From: Tubiluchus corallicola
Taxonomy: Eukaryota; Animalia; Priapulida
Direction: 5' to 3'
DNA: 64,000 nucleotides
NCBI GenBank assembly: GCA_030141605.1
Contig: JAQGDQ010000020.1
Location: 434,001-498,000, forward strand
Each line of letters opens with the position of its first letter. The stretch's first letter is position 1. A program made the position numbers and the translations under genes. The notes beneath the pieces are model-generated. The model saw only the letters and a list, made by a program, of their open reading frames with translations. It was not told the origin of the DNA and made no database searches. Below are positions 27,701-39,700 of the stretch, piece after piece.

Positions 27701-30700
27701 ACTCCCACTGAGAAACCAATGCAAATTGTACCCTGTCCATTTACGGCCCTGCAAGCTGCAAATAACAAAGTACTACCTAGCAAGACAAAATTAATGTTTC
27801 TTACTCAGATATAAAATGTTCTTTCTCATGGTTTTATCAGTATTTATCCATTCTTATTGGTTTCTCCTGGGGAGTGGTGGTGGGACAATCATTTCCCGAC
27901 ACTCCTTATACTGTTTTAGTTATAGTTTCAGTGTTCAGTTGCTGTGCACAATATCAATGGTATAAACATAGAAAATATTCTCCCAGTTGTATATGTGCAA
28001 TTATACGCCTCTACATGATCCCAAAACAGCAAAGTTTTCTTTAAAAAGCACATTTACTACGTAATTCTTAAGAAAAAGACATTCACAGATGAATAAGGAA
28101 ACAAAACAGTTTTTGTCCATTTTTAACAAGGTTACTAAATCAGTTTGTTTACATGCACCACATACCTATAAGCCACAATGAAGCACAATCGGAGGTGGCA
28201 AGGTTAACTGGGCGGTGGCTAATGCTTTAATGATCTTTATAACGTCAGTATAAGGGAAAACACTTCAAATAAATATGGGTGTTCTGATCTATGATTTATG
28301 TCAGAAGCAAGTGGGCAGAACTGACTCTCAAGAAAATTTATGGTGTTTATTGTAAAGGTTTGAAACAGGTCTAAATTTATTAGGTAATGCATGAAGTCGA
28401 AAACTCAATGTCACGGTACAATAGGAACACTATAAAGGACTTGTAGAAACAGCAGGCATGCAATTAAGAAAACTACTTTAAATAATTTATGAAATTAATT
28501 TAAACTCGTATTTAAAACAAATTTGTGTTTCTTTGTGGAACACTTGTGGAAATTGTTACAATGGCTTTAGTTACTTGAATATGAAAACGAGTTTGTTGAA
28601 GTAATGAAAAAAGTGAAGTATATGCAAACAATACATTGTACATTTCCACATAGTAATTGAAGTTGATCCAAATAATTAAAATGTAGATGTTTGCTACTTA
28701 TGTCCTACCTTCAATAATTTTAAAATATAAATATATCATTATCAAGTTTAAACGAATATAGAACTGCATACATAACGGTTTGTTATAAAAGTATATAAGT
28801 TCTGTTATTTTGCATAATGCATTAGTCAATAAATATGCCAGACTAACAACTATAAAACAGTCACATATTCATGAAGGCCTGAGGCGCAACTTGTGGGTAA
28901 CGAATTCACACTCTGAACACACGGAAAAACTAAAGATCAACTGAGCTGCAAGTGGAGGTGAAATTAATGCTTTGCACAATGTCATTATTATTTTAGGATA
29001 CATTAAGGCTAAGTAGTGTCTGTTATATTCACACATACAATACTGCATGTAAATTTTGATCATCTATCTTACAGTCGTTAAATTGTATTTTAGTACTTTT
29101 ATTAAACCCCGCATATTCTTTCAGCACATCAGCATATTGTGAGATCAAGCTAAGACCTGTTGTGAAATGAACTAAATCTAATTTCATTAATTACAATTTT
29201 AAAACAACTAACGTTCCAGATGGCACACTTAAATAACAGAAAAAGCCGAATGAATATTGGACGAAAAGAAGTAATTCAAATTTTACGTAATTGTATGCTA
29301 CCATATTTTTTATGTTAGAAATAACTAGATAGCTAAGCAATTTGGAATCAATTTTGATTTTGCACCTACCAATTGTGTAAATATCTTCCTCTATAGGTCT
29401 TTCCTTTAGTGCATTGTGTCGAAGATTCAGCTGAGATAAGCGATCATTCACAAACAGATTTTCTGGGATGTATTCCAAATGGTTATTGGACAAATCTGCT
29501 AAATTTGGTAACTTTGCTACTGCCTGAAATTAGGAACACATATAATGTAAAAATTAAGCAGTTAGTGGAAGTTACACAAGTGGCCTCAAAACCCAAGAAA
29601 AAGGCCATTAAAAGTCCAGTTTCAGAACGGTTTGCACATTTTAGTCATATTACGGAGGAATAGATATATCATATTAATAATATTTTACTATACATTAATA
29701 GAAATAGCCCAAGTCACAAAACTTTTGCTTGTTGCAGCACTGCACAAATTTGTCCAATTAATAATGACGTAAATGGGTTGTTAGTCTCATGAAGTGTTGA
29801 ACAAAATAACACAGGTAAACTAAAGAAGTAAGTTAACAAGTAAAAAAACTACCGATAATAAGCTGCTAAAGTTTACAAACTGTAATTTAACAGCAAAAAA
29901 TACGTAAACCAGAACACATAAAGGGTGTTATAATTTTGAGTCATTAAGGGCAGACAAAATCGTGCCAACCTCACACGAACTTGTGATTACTGGAATTAGG
30001 GGTAGTGTTGTTGGTCCACTTAAATTAAATATTTTAAAGACTATCATCCTTGCCACTGTACATGTCTAACAGATAATGGCTAATTACCTTCATGCATTTT
30101 CTCAGCCATTTTGAAATTTCAGCATCACTTCCAAAAGAAAGAAACACTGTTCGACCTGCTTGCAATTCAGCAGTAATTTTTAGACATCGCTCGTGATTTT
30201 TGAATTTCATCTCCTCCACTTTCCCCTTTGCCAACATGTAAACATGGGGTTGCCCTCTTTTTTCCAATCCTGAGAAAGGAAAGTTGTGCAATTAATTAAG
30301 AACAAAATCCTGTACAATGAAAGAAAGAGTTTCAATATGAGCTTCAAAGGATAAACATCCAAGGTTTGAAACACAATCTTGGTCAAAAACAAGCATCAGC
30401 TTAGAAACAAATATATTTGTTCAAAGCATGCCAAGTAACAGAATGGTTTCAACATAATGAACCACTCTTAATAATGCTATACTTTTTTGTTGACGTGTCC
30501 TTGAACGCATCCATGGTTACGCTGAAAAAATAAAAAGTGCTAACAAAATTTAGAACCAATCATAAAAAAGGGTTTTCTCGTTTAACCAGTGATATTTACG
30601 TGCCAGCAGTTTGGAAAACAAAGACTGTCCCTGCTTGTACAGCGTTTATTGCTTGATAGTAAATTTACTATACGAGACATAATTATCCGGCCAATTACAC

Positions 30701-33700
30701 TAACTGAAATAGAATAACAAGTAACTGATGCAAGCCAATGACCCGGCGGGTAAACAGGCATTGCGAACATTTGTGACTGTTACAATAATACAATTTAGAA
30801 AAGTAACAAAACACAGTAAGTTTACTGCTGCATTCCGCAAGTGGTCTGTCAACCGAAAGCCAAGTTGTATCCAATTACATTGTCAGACGTATTCTCAGAT
30901 TTCTGGTTGTGCTTTGAATACAAAAACGTACACCAGCAAAAATGATTTTTTTAAAATTTATTGTCCGAAATTGCCACGCATGCCATCTTGGCACACAGTG
31001 AGAAAGTGTTTAAAAATTTCAATATAGCCACAGGGAAACTACATGAACATACTTTTATACAATGAGCGCAGTTTATTGGAAAGTATCGGTTACTTGGTTA
31101 TATGTATATAAAATATAGTTCAACTTTATTGGATAGCGCTTGTAAAATGAGGTATTCTATAAAGAATTGCCACCACGTGGAATGTCAACCTTTTTAGGTG
31201 TAGTGATCCTGGGACTGCACGTCCCAAAACAGACCATTTACAGGTAATACCATTCCCATTTTAAGCTTAGTTTATGGTCATACGAAGAGTAAAAGGAAAT
31301 GAGGGCAAACAAACGTGGTATTGTCCCTGGTCAATGATCTTCCAATCCCGAGATTTTAAAATTAATTGTTTAAACACTAAACCATTAGTCTAAGCTCAAT
31401 GCGACGGTTGTTTTGAAAACTTGTTACAATTTTACTGAGCGACTGTCACGGTACAGGAAAGCTGTTACTTGGATATAATTGTTGTTAGACTACTGTAAAA
31501 TCAAGCTGTGTACATAACAAGCAGACAGTAATTCACTTGACTTGAAACACACTTGTTATAAACGAAACTGTAGCTTTCTAAACATTTGGGTCAGACCAAA
31601 CCCATGAATTCAAAAACCATAAAAGCCGCACGTAGAAAATATTGGCGTTATTAAATTTAATGGGCAAAGTACGATCATGCTTATTATATTTTCATGATAA
31701 TGAAATTTTACTCAGTTTAAGTGAAAGTTCCAGTAAAGAAAAAGTCTTAAGAACACTTGAGTAGACATGGTCAAGCCACAAAAATAGAGATGAAAGCTCC
31801 GAAGCGGGTCCTGAGTCGCTGGAGTATGTGACAGAACCTACTGCATTTGAAACGGAGTGAGAAAAAGCAGAACAATGATGGCATCATGGCAACATCAGCA
31901 AGGTCCATATTCAATGTTCCCAGGCCTCAAAGATTTTCTTAACGAATGGAGGGACGTGGTTTCTCACCTTACTTTTACATACAGGGATAAGCAATACATC
32001 TAAGCCAGAACAACAGATAACTCTTAGGTGCGAAATGAAGATCATGAAGATCACTGGCTCTGAGTGTAAACCAGTGGAAGAGCTCAAAGTGAAAGCTAGT
32101 GCAACTTCATGAAGTGAGTAGGTCCATTGAACACAACAGATATACTGCAATTGCGTATCTGTCACGGATCTGTAAAAAATCCCCTGTGGACCTTTTGGTT
32201 AAAATAAAAAGCAGACCGATTCTGCGCATTACAGCTTTGCAGTCTCTTTAAAATTTCACTGCATTTATGTCTGAGTCGTGAATAAGCGAAAGAAAATATT
32301 GTGCTTCGGTGCCTCCAGAAATTTTTCGAGAGAAGACTGAGGATGAAAGAAACCACTGAGAACTGATTCACTGCTTTTGAAGTATCAAGAGAGACATAAA
32401 TGTATAGTTCATGAATACAGCAAATCTGGAGCGAAAGGAACCGTTTTATCGAATCGAAATCAATCAAAAAGTTTGGGAGAGAGCATTTTCAAATTTCATA
32501 ATAATGCATATATATATATATATATATATATAGGAGAGTAGATATTATTTGGGGATAGGTTGCCAAATCGTCGCTCAGATTACAAACGAGTCGCTGCGTC
32601 CTTTTGTGGCGCCACGTGGAGAGTTTCAATTGGTTAAGCCCCAAAACCCGATGGAGCATGTTAACGACTGGTGTTAATTTGCCGTAACGGTGCGATTTCT
32701 TGAGTTAGTTTTTTTTTCGCCAGCATCTTTCCCTATTTTCACCTCCTTTTTCACTCTGGTTTGGTGCAAAAATTGACATAAGTTTGGTGTCATATTTAGC
32801 AGGTACATTGAGGAGCTTGCTACTAATCGCACCGTGTTAGAGTCAACTTTAAGCTATGAAACCTGAAGCATCCAGGGTAATTGCTGGCGACCGGTTGACT
32901 TAGCTCATTTCTTTGACTTAACATTAATAATGTACTATTTTCTCACGGAATACAATAACAAAATATTACGTGAACGTGCAAAATTTAAAATAAAATAAAA
33001 TAAAGTCAGCAAACATTTTTAATCAATAGTCTACGCTAAACAAACATAAATTACAATCGAGATCATCAAATCAAAGGCCTTAGAAGGGACTGAGACTAAT
33101 GACAGATATATATTTATCCTTCTTGATCTAATCTTCTTGCAATAAAAACTGTCAGCGTGTAACTTTGGCACATTGCCTCTACATATTGAAACTTTTAAAT
33201 CGGATTTCCAGACAGTAGTTTTAACTTTCAAATCTAGGCTCACAGATGTGACCCCAACAAACATCTCGGAATTGTTTTATGGCCTGCGGTTAGATGTCAC
33301 ACTCCTCATTCATCACTGGTATTGTCATGTCACATTCGACAAGCACAACTCCCAGCCATGTAATTGCTAAAATGTGTGCCTTAGATGAGTTTGACGCATT
33401 TAGAAAGCAATTACCAAACCAACGATGAATATTCAAACTCATCACTATGCTTTTTTGTACAGACAAAACTACAAAGCAACGGAAGCAGTGAGTTGTCTTT
33501 GTATCCCGTGCCACCGTCACACTAATAGTTAGATATGGTTTCTGGTACCTAAGACTTGAGGAGTATTTTTGTTAATCAATTTTGTTAGTGACAATTACGT
33601 TTAATTTTGTTGGTGACAATTTTCTGCTCTGAGAATACGAGAACAATTTAAACCCTAAATGGCACAGAGGAACCAGTAGACTGAGAAACTAGAAGTACAA

Positions 33701-36700
33701 ATAATAAAAAACTTTTAACAAATCAATTTTTGGCAAAGTGATTTCAGAGACTGCATGTGGAACAAGTAATCATTGTCCTGAGAGACCATGGTTATGGGAA
33801 CATTAGACAATAAAAATGTGAATTAAGCAGAAGAAGTACCAGCACAATCTTGTTTAAAACTGATTAAATGTAACCAACTGAGATGGAACAAAAACAGTAG
33901 ATGAGAGGTTCGATGGTATTACAAGCCGGAAACATGAGGAGTCCATTTAAGCCCAATAAGTCTAACAAAATTATTTCTACCAGGAAATTAGAAACTATGT
34001 CTACAAGTCAGTTTTTCAGACATTCCTAGTTTGAAAAGTAGAACACGTTACATTAGGCAGAAATCTATCCATCAGCTGCAAAATATTAATTTAACACACA
34101 ATGTCAAGTTTTAATAACTGGAGCAGTAATCACATAAGTTTTATTTGCAAAGCTGCTAAGCAAACAGGTATTGGAAATTTGTAACAGACGCAGTAATGAT
34201 CTAGGCATAGTAACTGTTAGTCCCACTTTGGCGAATGTTCAATGTACATAGAGGTTTGTTAAGTTATCTACAAAACTAGAAATTTGCTATGCATTCAGTA
34301 AGTAACATAAGTCGAGCTAACAAGAGATTATAAAAAATAATTGTTGCTGAGTATTAACACATTCTTTCATTACCATAAATACTTGAAAATAACTTGAAAC
34401 GTATTATTCTGGACGCCCCACTGACCTTAAACAATCAATTAATTAATAACCCGCCCAAATGGGCCGCCAAAGGGTGAAACACATAGTACAGTAAATATCC
34501 CATGTCAAATGATGTCATGCAATCTGACATTTATTATGCCATGTTTTAGTGGATTCGTAATAAATTAATGTTTGGGCGTTGTATGTTCAACCCTCTACAG
34601 GTAAGCGCTTATAAATCGTTATAGTTAGGAACAGAAAAGGGCTCACGCATGCAGTAGATTAAGCATATAGTTAAGAATTTTTTAACAAATTTAAATATTA
34701 ATTATATTATACACTGTTTCGCTGATACGTCTTTGAACATCTATAAGTTCTATAATTTAAAACCTTTCAAGTTTTCGATGTTTTATTCTATAAAATCTTA
34801 ATAGCTTTAAAAATCTGTACACGCAATTTCTGCAGTAATCGCGCATACTGATAATATCACACAAATTGATTTCAAAACTGGTATGGGACGGCGCAGCAAT
34901 TTGTGTTTGGCCCAGGAAGTAATATTTTACAATGGAAGCATGGAAAATCATTAATCTGGGTATGCCGCTGAAATTGCTATGGCAATTAATGAAAATTTGT
35001 TTAATGGGTTTTTAATATTATCCCTATTCAAAATGTGCAGGGTGGATGACACTTGTACAATTTAGACGGATCTCACCTTAAAATGTATAAATTTATGTAT
35101 CCTATACAGTGCATAATGGAGTTTTCAATATAGGTAATAATCATAACCAACCAAGTCAAGTTAGGCTTGGAAAGTAGTTCTCTAAAACAATAGACACTTG
35201 TATAATCATTACGCTGCCAATGATTGCATGAAGAAGACAATTGTCTTCGTGGTAATACAATTATACTGTTATATTCGTTGTGCTGCAAATTCGCCCAGCA
35301 GGATAAAAGTTCATTTTGTTGCAAACTTCTTATATTGGCAGTTTATTTTAGCTATATTTGACTAAATTAGTGGTTTTCAGGTCAAAGAAGCAGAAGTTCA
35401 GATATGTAGATAAACCCGTCGTAAAGTTTTTCAACAGATAGCTAACAACTATAACAAGCTTTGTGTTAATCGCTTACCAGGATATACAAGAAGTCTGGTA
35501 CCAGACAAGGCAACAAACCGTTTGGCCCACTGATGAAATACTTTGCCTTTTCGAACATACAGTTGACCAGAAACATTGTTTCGTGAAAACGTCCCATCTT
35601 GAGTCGGTTTTCCTGAAAAAAAACATTGATTCACAATTCACAAGATTTCAGCATAATTAGTGTTTTTGTGATATCAACACGAAGCATAACTAATTGTATA
35701 TACATAATCAGTTCTTACGAAAATTGATAACTGATAATTGCATGTGTAAGTTCTTTAATTTATAAGCTTGTTACTTTGTAAATTGTTTTGTATTATTGCT
35801 TGTGAATTAAGCTACGTCAATTTTTCAAAAACTTCACTTGTTCTGAGGTGTTCCGGAACGCATATGCGTTACGCGGCTGTTTACCAAACATTCGGAATGC
35901 CTTATGCGTTATCCACTTGAGGAATAGCTGCGTATAAAAAATCAATAAGAAATAGCTGCAGAAAAAATAATGCATCAGGCAGGTCTGATAAACGGGTGCT
36001 GCAAAAACCACACAAACCGATGTTATCTATTGAACTTCATTTATTAGCTTCCTTGAAGTGTTATGTTCTATTATCGTTGCCTATCTAAGATGCTAGTCTG
36101 CTACTTGAAAACTTCACGCTAAACAACCTCGGCAGCGCAGATAGCATTTATGGTAAATTTCACCCCATACAGAGTCCTGTAGATGTTTTAAAAGTTTCTA
36201 AATCCAGTGATACACACAACAATGTTGTTTCAATGTGAAATTTTATTCATCGATTGGTTACACTCTGGCTACACATGTTGTTACATAATAAACATTAATT
36301 TGTAAACAATAAGCAAGTAAGTAACTTATTGACTAACAACTATTATTATACTTAATCGGGGTAGATGCAGAGAAAACAACACATTAAGACACACAAACGA
36401 CCCCATTTTCTCCAAAACATTTATACATTGCCGATCGTAAAAGTGCTAAAATGGGATTAAACTGAGTGTCGCAATATAATTAACGTATTTTACATTATAC
36501 TACCAGTCCTACAAGAAACAATGTGCAAAACATTGTGCAAAACATTTAAGGCAGTGGCGAATATAGTTCACAACAGTTTGGCTACTGCTATGCCTGAATA
36601 TAGAACTGATCGATGCCACATCAATATCAGAGAACCACGGTAGTGGTCTGACCAGGTCAGTCTTCGCTCAATTGCAGAAAACAAGTTCTTGGTCTTGATC

Positions 36701-39700
36701 AGGCCTTGGTTTCGTTAGTAGGGCAGTCGCAAAAGCTCCTGTGCCTAGGTATATTTTTCACTTGCCACTTTCAGTAGCCAATTTATGACCTGATATTCTG
36801 GCCTTTGTCCGGGAAATTCTTTCGAGTTTTTGAACAGGCGCCGCACTATTTGAATATATAGACCAACTAAATAAATCCTCATTCAAAAGTCTGTATGTAA
36901 CTATCCTACTAGAGGTTAACACACACAATTCTTGCACTTTGTTTTGTTTATCCTCAGTTGCAGGGTCTCTTCTCAGAGTGATGATGCTGTTGATGTACGC
37001 ATACAGAGAAATTGCCTGACATTTATTTATCGTATACATTAATATAGGATGCTTACCAGGATTACTGAACATCTTAGTAAAAAACCTGTAGTGCTGGCTC
37101 TTAATGTATGCCTCTGCCGATGGCATATCTAACTCGAGAAGGGATAGGTCATTTTGAACTGCCTTGCGCACTCCAAGGCAGTTTTTAATTCCAGATGTGC
37201 ACAATTAAGACAATTTTCTTATATCATTGGACAGCTATATCTCGCAGCTGTACAAAAGCCTAGATAATATAGCTGCTTTTAACAAAGTCTGTTTAGTCCA
37301 TACTTGGACAGGAGAAGTTCTTACGGACAAATGCTACGTATTTCAGTTCGTGGTTAAGTTTTTCCTTATTTTGAATCACAATTGCCTGAGCCAATTTTCC
37401 GCCGGCACAAAGAAACTGTGCCTAAGTAGATGTAGCTATAGCACCAGTTTGCTTGTAAGTTTTCAACGATTATAGGCATGCGGTCATTTTATTCACCATT
37501 GCAATGTAATAACAAGAAACATCGTCTTTAACTCGTTAACTACGAGACCATGCTCAACGCAAAAAGACTTCAATATAGTGGGTTTTTCTATGCAGCGCTC
37601 TCTTGAACAGGCAGTAGTACAGAGTTGACCATCATTAACAGACCGTGTCTGTTTGGCAAGAAATCGTCATCCCGAACTATAGCCAATCTTTTTATCAAAG
37701 GATTGATGAATAACGTGAACACGAACATGCTGCGCGAGGACGCAGCCTGTCTTACACCTATTTTACTAGTAACCAAGCTAGAGCCTAACGCGCTGCATAG
37801 TTTTCATGTACATGGCCTGGATTTACGTGTTATTGTTTGACGACATCCTAATTTCACTAATTCTTGAATGAGTTTGTGCATTGATACGATGCCATACACC
37901 TTAGCAAAATCGATGAATACAATGTACAATTTGCATCGTATTATTTTTGCTGAATCTGTTAGTAAGCGCAACGTAACTGCTTGTTCTAAACAGCCTCTTT
38001 CTTTTTCTCCACCAGCCTGTTCTGGGCCAGGCTGCCACCAGAGCTGTAAGAGAGTATTAATCAGTCCGTCAAATATCTATGGACATAAGTCCAAAATCGA
38101 GATACCATGGTAGTTATTGCAGTCATGACGACTGCCTTTCTGCAAGACTACCAACTTTGTTTTAGTCCAATTATTAGGGTAGTAAACTGATGAAAGTACC
38201 GTATTAAAACATGCAGTCATAAACGTAATCCATAGTGCAGATACACACTTGATCAATAATATCATTACCACTATCACAGCCTGGCGACTTGTTGGGTTTT
38301 AGACTAATGATAGTATTATTGACTTCATCTGGTGTGAATAGGTCATCATCCACAGCACATCATATTGCCTTCATATTACCAGATTTTAATAAATTAATGC
38401 ATCTCGCGTTTGCTGCTCGTCTACTTGAAGTATCGTTTTGTATTCTACATTTGGTTGCAGAATCATATTTGATGTCTTTGGCATTCTGACATAGGTCGTC
38501 GATATCCCATCTTGTTGGATATATGACAGACTCATATTGTGATAAGTCGATATCCTGCCGAGCACAAAAACTTCGAAGTTTATCATCACAAGTTCAACAT
38601 AAGACAATGGAAGTTACTCCATCAATTGGAAGTCTAGCTGGGATATCCAATTCTGGCGCTTCCTAAACGTCAAACCATCACCATAGCTGTTACATGTTAC
38701 TAAATGATTAAGGGGGATCAAGTGATTATCCCTACATAGTTGCAAAAGTCGCGTGCCTGTTGTGTTCCTTCTTATATCAGGATTATGTGCATACCTCCAT
38801 TGGTTCCCTTCTGTCAGTATATTTCTACATTGACCACATCTTACATTTAGATCACCAATTATAAAGTACTTCTCATTATTCTCTTGTGCTTCAATAGTTG
38901 TGCCTTGTAACATAGCAGAAGCAAATAAGAATGTTAGCCAGGCTATTGCAGTCTTAACCACATTTGACAAGGGGTTGAATCATCTACAAATATTACATAA
39001 TCAGAAATATTATTGCCTAAGATATACAAAAATACCACCTTTAATAGTACGTTTGTTGCTATATTTGCTACGTATTAGTACATTAAAACTGGGGATAGTA
39101 AAACAATAAGTGCTAATTTCTTGCAAACAAATGATATCATGCAAGCAAAACAAGGTGATAACTTTATCGAACATGTTCTCACATTTATCAGTCACTGAGT
39201 GTATGTTCCATGACAGTAGCTTAGCATTGTTATTGTGCGCATCTACCCTGTTATTAAAAAAACCTGAGTATAGAAAATATTATTGTTTCGTTGTTTCATT
39301 GAACACATTTATTTTTCCAGTCAATTCTCAAGTTCATTTTCAACTTTGCTTTTCTCATCTTTTAACACCTTCAATAGGCTTTGATGCTCCTTCTGCACTG
39401 TGGGGCTTGTATTTGGACTGATAAAGACACGTCTGTACTGCGCACTCGCATCTTTCAGTCTCTTTGCCCCGAACAGTGCTTGTTGCCTCACTGCTTGAAT
39501 ACAGCTGTACTAGTACAGGGCGTGGTCTGTACGCTCGCTTTGATGTCATCAATGATGTGATTACATTCCCTATATCACTTTGGTCACCATCCGCTTCGGG
39601 TTCAGCTAGCCCAAAAACTACGATATTTTTGGCACATTTTTCTTTTTCTAATATCTCTAATGTAAGTCCTGAGAGTTTTCTAACTTGCTCGGTCAGTGCT

